A stretch of DNA of 64,000 nt. It comes from Octopus sinensis. Taxonomy: Eukaryota. The stretch spans positions 25,296,001 to 25,360,000 of the forward strand of contig NC_042999.1 of assembly GCF_006345805.1 (NCBI RefSeq), given 5' to 3'. This document shows positions 12,489 through 24,180 of this stretch, piece by piece (within the stretch, counting starts at the first letter, position 1; each line of letters opens with the position of its first letter). The notes beneath the pieces are model-generated. The model saw nothing but the letters and a program-made list of their open reading frames with translations, had not been told where the DNA came from and ran no database searches. The translations under genes were made by a program, and so were the position numbers.

Positions 12489-12631
12489 GCAACTGGTACT
12501 TAATTTAACGACCCCGAAAGGATGAAAGGCAAAGTCGACCTCGGCGGAATTTGAACTCAGAACGTAGCCGCAGACGAAATACCGCTAAGCATTTCGCCCG
12601 GTGTGCTAACGTTTCTGCCAGCTCGCCGCCT
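12489..12631 (-). mobile_element. SINE family D, 5' part
   Basis: Minus strand aggcggcgagctggcagaaacgttagc...gagttcaaattccgccgaggtcgactttgcctttcatcctttcggggtc. Confidence 0.85.
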
Positions 12632-12779
12632 TTCATAACAAAAATATTTCAACAAAGACATATGCAGTTAACTACATTAAAACGTTTCGCATGCATATAC
12701 ACATGCGTATGTATATACATACATAGACACATACATATATACATACATACATACAAACATACATACATACATACATACA

Positions 12780-12814
<35 letters not shown>

Positions 12815-13019
12815 GTTTATATACACACAAATATATAAAGATGTATGTATATGTGCCTATGTGTGTAATTAGCTATTATCTTTACCTTGTTTCAATTACT
12901 GGACTGCGACCATACCAGAGCTCTGCCTTGGATATACGTGAATGTATATACATATATACATATGTACATATATACATATGTACATATATACATATGTACA
13001 TATATACATATGTACATAT

Positions 13020-13485
13020 ATAGATATATACGAGCAAAACGCCACCCTACCAACCAATGGACGGTGCTGAGTTGCCAAACATTTAAACAAAGTTTTCTCA
13101 AAACAACTTGTCCGACCGTCCCATAGGCCCCCCTTTGAGAAACACTGATTTAGCCTAAATTTGAGACACCAGCAAAAGAAGAAATAAAGATAGACTTTTT
13201 TCTATTCCAAAGAAAAACGATTTTATTCACACAAATATGCAACTGAAGAGTTTACGTACCAGTAAATACATCGCAACAGCTGATGTACTTGCACGTACAA
13301 ATGCACGTCCCCACGGCTTTATCGATCGCACTCTCACCTGGAATAGATTTTTGTAATTTTTCAAACTTATACACGCCCTGATACACTTGGTATCTACATA
13401 TCAAATTTGAGCGCAATTGGATGGAGGATGCCCGAGATCCTAGAAGACACACAAACAGACAGACAGAACGGATTTTTTTATAATA
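13020..13485 (-). mobile_element. Possible Helitron/Helentron-type non-autonomous element
   Basis: Minus-strand start tattataaaaaatccgttctgtctgtctg with a (GTCT)n tract, as in DINE/HINE-like elements. The 3' end is not resolved. Confidence 0.35.
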
Positions 13486-13490
13486 TATAC

Positions 13491-13555
<65 letters not shown>

Positions 13556-13565
13556 CACACACACA

Positions 13566-13627
<62 letters not shown>

Positions 13628-14775
13628 GCTAATTACTTTCACTGGTGTTAGATACGTATTCTTCAGAGATCAGCTATTTAAGCAATTAAACATATATGGC
13701 TACTCTAACAGGTCTCACAGATAACCCTTCTATCTGTTGATAAAGATAGATGCAGCAACAGCAGCAATTGTAGCAGTAGCAGTAGTAGCAGTGAGTGTGT
13801 ATGAAGCTGGGAGAGCAATCTACACACCACAAAGTGAAGTATGTTTTGCCGATTTAGGCGTGGATGTTTGTAACTGCTTGGGTGGGGGTTAATTGCAAAA
13901 ATGCGCTAAAATGGTATGAGTGACGTGTTAATGAATGCGGCTATTGAACGAGTTTCTTATCAACAGTGTAACTAATCTTGTTATAAGGAAGTCACGTGAT
14001 CCAGTTGGTTAGAGTCGAGATGGAAGAGGTGGTGAAATTTACAGTGGGGCTTGTATTGGTGATGGTTGAGGATAATAATATAAGCAAATTGGTTATGTTT
14101 GAATAGCACCGTTTGTGCTTGTGTGTGTGATTCAGAGAGAGAGAGAGAGGGGATGAGGACAAAGAGAAAGAGACAGAGAGAGAGAGGGAGAGAGAGAGAG
14201 GAGAAGGACAAAGAGAAAGAGAGAGAATGAATATGGCGAAATGTAATGAAATAAAATGGTCTTGTATAATTGTGATGAAAGGTTGAGTGTGGAGAAGCAA
14301 AACAGAGCAGCAAAGATTTGTTGTGAAGATAAAACATTATAGTTGACAGTGATAAAGAAAGGAACATGGATATGATGTTGTAGTAGACCTACATAGTTAG
14401 CATTCACAAAAGCCAAACGTAGAAAGGGCGACCCATTGCTACAGTTAGAAAAGGTGACCAAATACTACAATTTATTGTATCGGAGTTTGATCTGTGGCTC
14501 TTGCTTAACCGTTATTAGTCACTGATTCACCAAACCAGTGATCAAAGCTATTCAAGTAATAGCCAGCCTGTTACAGCTATTTTAAAGCAAAATACACATA
14601 GGACTATATTATCCAATGCGTACTTCAGTGTTTGATGCAGTGGAGGCATAAGTTTTGATGGCTGTTTGATAAATCGTGTAAACGCGTTAGGTAGTTTCCC
14701 TTGTTTAACCAATAAGAGTGTCCATGAAATATGATGCAAATAATGTTGGATTTATTGAACGTTGGTAGGAATTAT

Positions 14776-15236
14776 GGATCTTTTCGGTTTGAACGGCAGT
14801 TTTTAACGTAATTTCTAAGTAACTAAAAAATTTGAAACTTCGTATACTGGTGTTCATAAAACATCTTCGAATGTGTTCATAAAACATCTTTTTCTCTTGG
14901 CTTTATTGAGAAAATTCTATAGTTTGTACGATATGTGTTGTTTTTTTTCTTCAATTTCTGCAATTTCAACCAATCACTGACGTCTATTGAGGTAAAAACC
15001 ATTCCGTGCCGTATGAATATGTCCCTCGTTTAAGAAACAGATTGGGTTTATTTACATTTGTGAAGAAAAAATATACCCTTCCCCTCACCCCTAACTCTAA
15101 CCCCCAACCCTAACCCTAACTAACCCTAACCCTAAAACAGATTGAAATGCAATAGATCGATTCTAGTGTCATAATTATGGGTGACAATTTCATATGACAC
15201 CGCTAGAAAAAACTGCCGTTCAAACCGAAAAGATCC
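14776..15236 (+). mobile_element. MITE with internal (CCCTAA)n, copy 1 (Merlin- or hAT-like)
   Basis: Perfect 29-bp TIRs GGATCTTTTCGGTTTGAACGGCAGTTTTT. 8-bp TSD GGAATTAT at 14768-14775 and 15237-15244. CCCTAA tract at ~15088-15135. Confidence 0.9.
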
Positions 15237-15617
15237 GGAATTATAATCTTCTTTTTGGTTGGTAGGATGTGGTTTAGAACGTAAGAACGATGTAAATGAA
15301 TACAAGATATCTAGCGGGTATTCTCACAAGTATGTTGCCCATCCACCTTTCTGACGATACAGATAATGTAAATGGCACTGTAAGGTTAGTGGCTTGGTAG
15401 ATTCGACATGGTGGTGGATAAATAGCTGTGGATTAGTGGAATTGATATTGTGGTGAACAGAATAGTGGTGAGTTGGTAGAATTGGTCGACAGAGACAGAA
15501 TGTTATGTAAAGGCAGTAGATTGATAGAACTGGTATAGTAGTGGAAAAAAAAACGGAGGACATTTAGTTATGTTATTTTAAGCTTTCACTTCAAACAATG
15601 TTAAGGTTGTATTTATA

Positions 15618-15831
15618 CGAAGGGGTGCTGAAAAGTTAAGGGGTTTTAAGTGTATCGCGAAAGGCCTGGTTGGAGACCCAACCTTCTGAATTCTTTAATA
15701 GAGCTTAGGAAAACTGGATGACCGCTGCAATAAATATGTGAATCTGAGAAGGGAATATATTGAATAAAATCATAATAAACTGATCCTCCTGTATTTTCTT
15801 TTAGCCAAAGCCAGGAAGTTTTCAGCACGTC
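15618..15831 (+). mobile_element. Internally deleted mariner derivative
   Basis: TA-CGAAGGGGTGCTGAAAAGTT left end and a degraded right end ttcagcac. Internal RKLDDRCNKYVNLRREYIE* resembles a mariner C-terminus. Confidence 0.6.
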
Positions 15832-16867
15832 TTTTGATTCTTCCGGGGTCGATAAAATAAAGTACCAGTCATGTGTTAAGATCGATAATATTGACTATAC
15901 TCCCCCACCCAAAATGTTGCTTTCAGCTTATGTTAGAAATCAATATGGATGAAAATCAATAGGATTTTGTATTTTGACATCATTTCATTTCTTTCATGAC
16001 CTCAGAGATCTCTGTTGCTATTAGATAATAGGCTTTTTACCTCTCTCCACAATAAGACAATTTACTGCAACTCCTTCTCGGCTTCATGTTGTTACCTGTC
16101 ATGTTTTAATTCCTAGATTTTATTACCAACAGTTTGTTATGTGCCGTACTTCGTTTAGAGGAGCGTCTCTCCATTCAACACCCGTTTTAATCTTTAATTC
16201 ATGAAGTTACGTATTCACTGTACCGAAGTAACACGTTAGAATACTTTATAAACAGGACAATGTGATTCATAGGAAGAATCAATAGACAAGTGATCTAATA
16301 AAAGCAACACGCAAGATGAGTAAGAATACTGAAATTGTTAGCTGTTCATTAAGTAATATTAACAGCTGGCAGAGGTGTCAGAAATTAAAATAATGAGCTG
16401 AGAATTCAACAAGTATAACCATCCTATAGGTACATTAAAAACACCAGATGACTGATAGAGAGGTGGTTCTGTCATTACTAATTCACTATGGGTTACGGAA
16501 TAAAGTAGCAAAAATAAATGAATGCGTATCAAATGATAGACGGTATTTATGTTTATTGTTTTAAGACCTCCGTTCAAATTCCACCGTAGGAAAGAGCTTA
16601 TATATTTAAGGGACGCCACGCCACTTAGACTAATTCTCATTGTTTGAACAGTCAGATGAACGACATTTTATGATTTTTTTTTCTTTTTCTTTATTTTTTT
16701 CATTTGTTCGTAAGAGTTCATTACAGTTGGTTTGGAGCAGTAATATTCTTAAATCTAAAGGCAAATTTGACTTTGGCGGGATTTGAAAGCGGAGGACCTC
16801 CAAGTAGAAAGTTGAAACGAGTACTTCAATGCATTACGTCCGACACCTTAATGACCCTGCCAATTCA

Positions 16868-16890
16868 CCTTATGTAAATCCATCCATCCC

Positions 16891-16923
<33 letters not shown>

Positions 16924-17030
16924 CCATCCATCCATCCATCCATCCATCCATACATACATACATACACAGACGCACATACATACACACACATATATACACA
17001 CGCACACACAAATACATATACATTCGTACA
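16868..17030. repeat. (ATCC)n/(ATAC)n microsatellite
   Basis: Visible array; source of the MDGW pseudo-ORFs. Confidence 0.9.
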
Positions 17031-17773
17031 TACAAATACGTACATATAAATACATTCATATAATGTCTATCTCTCTCTATATTTATGCATGTGTGTTGCG
17101 TGTGAATATGTTTGGCTGAACAATGATAATAAACATTAAATCTCAAACAAATGAAAACACATCTGCATTTCATGAGGAATAGAGACTGATTTGGTCCAGA
17201 GAAAATACTGAAGCACAGCATATATTTTTTTCTATTGGAAGTTTTGAATTGCATCAGGAATGGATCACCCTGAAGCGAAAATATTGGTTTATCATTTTGC
17301 AAATGGTTTGGATTTTATAGGGTAGAATGAACAAACTAACTGATCAGGAAAAATGAAAACAATGAAAGACGAAGTATTATGTATCAGAGTATATATTCCA
17401 AATTAAGAAAAAAAATGTAGGTGAAACATGTAGACTTTTGTGTGAAATAATAGATTATTCGGCATTGAAGAGAAACGGATAATGAAGACTAAATTTGAAT
17501 AACAATTCATATTATTTATCGACGCTACTGTTATAAACTATAAACAATAGCAGTGATTATATGGATGTCAGTTTTGTCAATGAGACTTAGTCATTTCATG
17601 GACTGAATTGCCTTCTCATTGATTTAATTTGTAAGTGGCTGGGTATGTCACTCTAACACGTGCCGATAACGTACTCCAGTTACTAAACACCGATTCTATG
17701 GCTACAAACCACGAAGCCATCCTTCACTGGAGTTACGTCAGCTTTTGTCTTTTTCAACTATAAGATAACAGAA

Positions 17774-18165
17774 GATTAAGAAGAAGCACTCCGTCGGTAA
17801 CGACGATGAGGGTTCCGGTTGATCCGAATCAACGGAACAACCAGCTCGTGATATTAACGTGTAAGTGGCTGAGCACTCCACAGACACGTGTACCCTTAAC
17901 GTAGTTCTCGGGGATATTCAGCGTGACACAGAGAGTGACAAGGCCGACCCTTTGAAACACAGGTACAACAGAAACAGGAAATAAGAGTGAGAGAAAGTTG
18001 TGGTGAAAGAGTACAGCAGGGATCACCACCATCCCCTGCCGGAGCCTCGTGGAGCTTTTAGGTGTTTTCGCTCAATAAACACTCACAACGCCCGGTCTGG
18101 GAATCGAAACCGCGATCCTATGACCGCGAGTCCGCTGCCTAACCACTGGGCCATTGCGCCTCCAC
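17774..18165 (-). mobile_element. SINE family B, second copy
   Basis: Near-identical to 9865-10250. 12-bp TSD AAGATAACAGAA at 17762-17773 and 18166-18177. Confidence 0.92.
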
Positions 18166-18239
18166 AAGATAACAGAAACACTACTCATATCAAGAAAACA
18201 TCATCGGAACCTCCTTAATCACGAGTACTATGCAATTAG

Positions 18240-18500
18240 AGATTTCACAATCGGTCCAAATGTTCGGACACATTGTCACCGACGATTACTTCTAGCAAAA
18301 GTGCTTAACATAGCTAGGTCAGAGTCCAAAAGACTAGCTCTTCTTTGCAGAGCCAGAGGATATTCAACATGTTATAACTATTATTGACAGTCTAAAAAGC
18401 ACATGTAATATGCAAGGCATACAATGGAGTATTACTCGTACATCTGAGCCAGTGTTGCTCTTGACATCATCCAGTAAGGACAAAAGACTAACTGGCATAA
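18240..18500 (+). mobile_element. CR1/Jockey-group LINE RT C-terminal remnant
   Basis: SKRLALLCRAR...YARHTMEYYSYI*ASVALDIIQ resembles the motif A.RKLG.L.R...LYKA.VRP.MEY.S..W...LD.IQ. Confidence 0.5.
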
Positions 18501-18622
18501 AGTCAGGCATACATACGCTCCACCCTCTGAGCCCTTTCTACATTAGGCACAAGGCCTGAAATTTTGGGGGTTGTGGTAAGTCGATTACATCGATTTACCA
18601 CATCCCCCAAAATTTCAATCAC

Positions 18623-19045
18623 GGATTTTTTTCGGTTTGAACGGCAGTTTTTTTCTAGCGGTTTCATATGAAATTGTCACCCATAATTATGACCCTAGTA
18701 TCGATCTATTGCATTTCAATCTGTTTTAGGGTTAGTTAGGGTTAGGGTTAGGGTAGGGTTGGGGGCACGGGTATCTTTTTTTATTCACAAATGTAAATAA
18801 ACCCAATCTGTTTCTTAAACGAGGAACATATTCATGCGGCACAGAATGTTGTTTACCTCAATGGACGTCAGTGATTGGTTGAAATTGCAGAAATTGAAGA
18901 AAAAACAACAAATATCTTACAAACTATAGAGGTATCTCAATAAAGGCAAGAGAAAAAGATGTTTCATAAACACATTCTACCAGTTTAAAACTTTTTAGTT
19001 ACTTAGAAATTATGTTAAAAACTGCAGCTCAAACCGAGAAAATAC
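18623..19045 (-). mobile_element. (CCCTAA)n MITE, copy 2 (inverted)
   Basis: Reverse complement of copy 1. TTAGGG tract at ~18726-18761. Imperfect TSD TCAATCAC/TCAATAAC (7/8). Confidence 0.88.
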
Positions 19046-19065
19046 TCAATAACTAATGTTATTCA

Positions 19066-19590
19066 ATCACTAAAGTATGGTCATAGAGTGACCAATGGTT
19101 TCGCATCCAAGAAACCCGCAGCCTTATGGACAGATCATCAAACTCAATACAAAGACAAATTTAACTTTTCACCTCGCGGAGAAATGCTACGGTGTATTGG
19201 TCAAACGACCATCAAACAAAAAGAAAAATCGATAGTGAGGACGGATTGTCTCCCCTGGACCAGTGATTGATTTGGAAGTGTGGGGGGGGGATCTATTTCG
19301 AAAGGGCTCTAATATCCTAATCAGCGAATGGAGAATCCAATTTTGCAGGACTTTATTAGGCTCGTAAGAGACCTTATCAAATAAATCCCCACTTCAAATT
19401 AATCGTTGGCCCAGGGGAGACAACCAGTCCTCACTAATGTTTTTTTCTCTGATGGCCGTTTCACCAATTCACCGTAGCGTTTCTCCGCCTCCGCGAGATG
19501 AAGAGTTAAATTTTTCTTTTTACAGAGTCTGATAAGCTGTTCACAAGGCTGTGGCTTTCGCAGATGCGAAACCATTGGTCACTCTATGAC
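19066..19590. mobile_element. Fold-back element with ~200-bp imperfect TIRs
   Basis: GTCATAGAGTGACCAATGGTTTCGCATC at 19080 pairs with its reverse complement ending at 19590, and homology continues inward for ~200 bp. Outer atcactaaag (19066) pairs with ctttagtgat (ending 20030) beyond MITE copy 3. Confidence 0.8.
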
Positions 19591-19602
19591 AAGACTTTAA
19601 CT

Positions 19603-20014
19603 GGATCTATTCGGTTTGAACGGCAGTTTTTTAAAATAATTTCCACGTAACTAAACACTTTTAAACTTCGTATACTGGTAGAATGTGTTTATAAAACATC
19701 TTTTTCTCTTGGCTTTATTGAGAAACTTTGTTGTTTTTTTCCTTCAATTTCTGCAATTTTAACCAATCAGTGACGTCTATTGAGGTGAAAACATTCTGTG
19801 CCGTATGAATATGTCCCTCGTTTAAGAAACAGATTGGGTTTATTTACATTTGTGAAGAGAAAAAGATACCCTGCCCCCATCCCTAACCCTAACCCTAACT
19901 AACCCTAACCCTAAAACAGATTGAAATGCAATAGATCGATACTAGGGTCATAATTATGGGTGACAATTTCATATGACACCGCTAGAAAAACTGCCGTTCA
20001 AACTGAAAAGATCG
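19603..20014 (+). mobile_element. (CCCTAA)n MITE, copy 3
   Basis: TIRs as in copy 1. 8-bp TSD CTTTAACT at 19595-19602 and 20015-20022. CCCTAA tract at 19881-19914. Confidence 0.9.
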
Positions 20015-20044
20015 CTTTAACTTTAGTGATATTTAAAACTGGCA

Positions 20045-20250
20045 CATCATCGGTTACGATGATGAATGTTCCATTGATCCGACCAACGGAATAGCCTGCT
20101 CGTCAAATTAACGTGCAAGTCACTGAGCACTCCACAAACGCGCGTATCCTTAATGTAGTTCTCAGAGAGATTCAGCGTGACACAAGATGTGACAAAGGTG
20201 GGCCATTAAATTACGAGTACAACTCATTTTTGCCAGCTGAGTGAACTGAT
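20045..20250 (-). mobile_element. Older SINE sharing the family B 3' tail
   Basis: Diverged match to the family B tail (atcggttacgatgatgaatgttccattgatccg...), joined to a different core (cagttcactcagctggcaaaaatgag). Confidence 0.65.
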
Positions 20251-20264
20251 CATACATACATACA

Positions 20265-20298
<34 letters not shown>

Positions 20299-20340
20299 CA
20301 TAAATATATACATACATATATACATACATATATACATACA

Positions 20341-20374
<34 letters not shown>

Positions 20375-20412
20375 CATACATATATACATACATACATATA
20401 TACATAAATACA

Positions 20413-20446
<34 letters not shown>

Positions 20447-20527
20447 CATACCATATATGTTTTCCGTGACCAGTGGTGTGAAATGGACGCCCGACGGACT
20501 GGTCGGTCAAGGTGATGAAGGTGATAT

Positions 20528-20581
<54 letters not shown>

Positions 20582-20589
20582 CATATATA

Positions 20590-20653
<64 letters not shown>

Positions 20654-20721
20654 CATATATATACACTTATATATGTATGTGTATATATATACATATGTAT
20701 GTACGTATCTAGCCATACACA

Positions 20722-20752
<31 letters not shown>

Positions 20753-20760
20753 TATATGTG
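20231..20760. repeat. Compound (ATAC)n/(AT)n/(AC)n microsatellites
   Basis: Visible arrays with a short non-repeat island at 20455-20523. Confidence 0.9.
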
Positions 20761-20799
20761 TAGTCGTTTGCAGGAATGTAAGAGGTGATTTCTGCAAGT

Positions 20800-21703
20800 A
20801 AATGGAATATTTCTGTTTTCCCTACGTTTTGTGGGCTTCCTGTAAATCAGCGACAGTGATATTTTTTTCCCTTGCTTCTGGCATGATTTACTACGCCTTT
20901 CGTGTATTCTCGTTTCTAGTCGAATACTTTAATACTACAATCGTCTCTCACGTTTACTTCAGTTCGTAGCTATTGAGTATGCTTTCTAGTATCGCATGGA
21001 TGAGAAGATCTAAAAAATTATGCATTGATGTGTGTCCGTGTCCTTGTAATAATTAGTCTTATTAGTTTTTTTCCTAATTACAAAAATGATTTAAAAAATT
21101 GTTTCCTTTCGTTAATTTCCTTTCTAAATTTGATCCATTAATGAATGCCGTTCATTAATTCAAAGAATCTTGTAGGGTCTTCTTTTTCTTTTATTTCACT
21201 TCAGAAATATGAAGCAGCTATCCCTTAGCCAGTTTTCTTTTAAATAGGGATGGAAATACTGCTCAAAAGTAAACCCAAATCGGGTATATGTTTTTCTTCT
21301 AGGAATCCCATCGTTACTCCTGTTGGCGAAGATTTCTACAAAATTCTTCGGTATCTCTCATAAGATCTGCCTCATGTTTTGGTGTTGGTGAGAATTGAAG
21401 ACTATATTCCAAAAGTTTTATTCATCTTTTAATGAGATTTCGTTGTGAGAAATTTATAATTTCTTAGTTTAAAATTAATTAAGTATTTCTTTAAATGTTC
21501 GTGTCATTAGTGTTGTATTTTGTTAGCAACTCTGTTCTTTTATAAAAGTTTTTTTTTATCTGTTTTGTCAGTCATTTGCACACTGCCTTTCCTAGTATTT
21601 TGTTTTAAAGAAGGATTCCCAGCTGTTGATATTTCGACAGATACAGTGTAGTGGGCAAGCCCATATACACACACATAAGTGCATATGCGAAACACAAAGA
21701 CAT

Positions 21704-21750
<47 letters not shown>

Positions 21751-23230
21751 CATGTGGAGATAAGGATACACATCATAGAAGGGCAGAATAGATTAGGTGG
21801 AGCAGGGCGAAATGGGACATGTGGATGAAAAAGGACGGTCACAGATGTGTGGCGAAAGATTTCCAGACAATGGACAAAAGGTAAAATAAGAACTATTGTG
21901 CTTATTTTATCTTATGTCATATCCATTGTTTAGAAAACTTTCGTCACACGTCTGTGGTCTCTTCAATAAAGAACGAGCATATAATGCTTGTGCTTATTTG
22001 GCAAAATTTAAGACAAAATGTAACCATAACGAAATATAGCAATAGGATATGTCTAGTATTGTTGGTTTCACATCTTCCTTGGTATATTAGCTTGCTTTTC
22101 ATGGATTTATGACTTTTTCTTCAATTTGAAATTTGATTTTGATTCTTCCTTTGTTATGTTTTGGAAGTATTTCTTGGCGGCTGAGTTTGTTTTGGTATGA
22201 ATTATTGAGTGTCTGTCCATTTTTTATTACGTTTGCATATGAAAGGTTATGGATTGTCACTTTGATTATTTCTTCATTTGACTTGTAAATTATTGCAGCA
22301 GGAGTTATTGTTCTTTGTACTACTCTTTTACTCTTTTACTCTTTTACTTGTTTCAGTCATTTGACCGCGGCCATGCTGGAGCACCGCCTTTAATCGAGCA
22401 ACTCGACCCCGAGACTTATTCTTTTGTAAGCCCAGTACTTATTCTATCGGTCTCTTTTGCCGAACCGCTAAGTAACGGGGACTTAAACACACCAGCATCG
22501 GTTGTCAAGCAATGCTAGGGGGACAAATACAGACACACAAACATACACACACACACATATATATACATATATACGACGGGCTTCTTTCAGTTTCCGTCTA
22601 CCAAATCCACTCACAAGGCTTTGGTCGGCCCGAGGCTATAGTAGAAGACACTTGCCCAAGGTGCTACGCAGTGGGACTGGACCCGAAACCATGTAGTTGG
22701 TAAACAAGCTACTTACCACACAGCCACTCCTGTGCTATTCGCAAGCTACATATTTTAAAGATTTTTTGGTGAGAAATTTTTAGTTTTCCCTAATTCTGTT
22801 TCGTAATACGTTTCATACTCCCGCAACCGCAAATTTTTCGCTTCAAGTGTTTCTGGTTTCGTTTGGTCTCTTTCTACATCGATTTTTCATAAATTTAATA
22901 TTGTTCTCGTCTCTTTCATCCATTTGTTCGGTGATTTCTTTCTGCATTGTGACGTCACATTTTTTTAGGTACTCGAGGTGATTTCTATTTCACTTCAAAT
23001 ATTTCAAGCTCGAGGTTTTTGTGATTTTAGTTTCCTCATTTGGTTTAAATCATTTATCCATGAGACTAAATTTACATAGAAAATTTACTCATAGTTTTTC
23101 CATTTTTGCTGTGACTTTCAGTTTTTCCTTTCACTATGTCTGTTTTCTTTGATGTAATAATCTGCTTCCTCCTTTTCTACACTTCGTTCTCCAAATAAAT
23201 GTCATTACATTCCTTAAATATGTCTTGTGT
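20800..23230 (-). mobile_element. Decayed, internally deleted Penelope-like element interrupted by (CA)n and a SINE
   Basis: Minus strand IINFSQRNLIKR*IKLLEYSLQFSPTP...DTEEFCRNLR (21320-21460) resembles the PLE N-terminal motif INLS...L..GL.F.PTP. FRSSHP (~21010) resembles the RT C-terminal motif. Outer bounds are approximate. Confidence 0.5.
22321..22735 (-). mobile_element. SINE family A
   Basis: Reverse-complement copy with a (TACTCTTT)n tail. Confidence 0.9.
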
Positions 23231-23253
23231 GTCGGAATGCGCTGTTGTTACTG

Positions 23254-23553
23254 TTTCGTTTTTTCCTTCTCGAGCCATGACTGGCTCATAAGGGCCCGGT
23301 TTCCCGGTTTCTTGGCGTATAGGTTCCCCACCTGGACGGGACACCCGTCCGTCCGTCGCAGGTGAGCTGCAATATGCAGGAGGAAAGAGTGAGATAAAGT
23401 TGTAGCGGAAGAGTCGTTATTACCTTCTGCCGGAGCTGTGTGGAGCTTAGGTGTTTCGCTCATAAACACACACATCGCCCGGTCTGAGATTCGAACTCGC
23501 GATTCCTCGACCGTGAGTCCGCTGCTCTAACCACTAGGCCATGTGCCTCCACA
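23254..23553 (-). mobile_element. tRNA-derived SINE family C (head shared with family B)
   Basis: Head ggaggcacatggcctagtggttagagcagcgg. TSD CTGTTGTTACTG/CTGTTATTACTG (11/12). Confidence 0.9.
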
Positions 23554-23824
23554 CTGTTATTACTGGTACCAAAATAGTCGTATTCGGAATTTCTGAAGCT
23601 TTGCATTGAGTTTTCATATAAACAAAATTCGACTTTACCTTTGTAAATATGAGTTTGGCCTTCCATTTCCCGAAAACCAGGTGTGCATGACCCCTACTTA
23701 TTTGTGAGTTTCGTCAGTTTATTCGACCGACATTTCTCCAAGATTTCTTCACTTATGTTTAGTTCCGCCGCTGATTTCGAACTTGTCTGCGAAATTCTGA
23801 TCTTGTATCAGTTCTTTTATTCGT

Positions 23825-23985
23825 TATTCTTTCACTTGTTTCAATCATTGGACTGCGGTCATGCTGGAGCACCGCTTTGAAGGGTTTTAGTCGAACAAAT
23901 TGAGCCTTAGAATATACTTTCAAGCTTAGTACTTATTTTATTGGTCCCTTCCCCTGAACCGCATAGTTACAGAGACGTAAAGTCA
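23825..23985 (-). mobile_element. SINE family A, 3' fragment (older subfamily)
   Basis: Diverged tail and body, e.g. catgctggagcaccgctttgaagggttttagtcg. Confidence 0.75.
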
Positions 23986-24063
23986 CCAACAAACATCAAC
24001 TTTTATTATTATATTCATTATATATATATATATATATATCGGAGTAAACACATAAAGCAAAAA

Positions 24064-24101
24064 CTGTCCGATGAACGGCAACGGGAAACTCAGAGTAACA
24101 G
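24064..24101 (+). ncRNA. Minimal type I hammerhead motif (core variant) in a small PLE-type insert
   Basis: CTGT-CCGATGA-acggcaacgg-GAAA-CTC a GAG-TA-ACAG. Stems I and III pair and the GUA triplet is present; the core has U>C and stem II is weak. Confidence 0.6.
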
Positions 24102-24133
24102 GTTTTGTTGAATTTTCTGCTGCTTTAAATAAA

Positions 24134-24180
<47 letters not shown>

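Noticed and set aside
14233-14284. Short ATG-initiated ORF MAKCNEIKWSCIIVMKG in the repeat-poor island
   Set aside because: Only 17 codons, with no homology or splice support.
15088-15135. Telomere or chromosome-fusion scar
   Set aside because: The tracts are short, internal to a TIR element, and recur at the same position in three copies.
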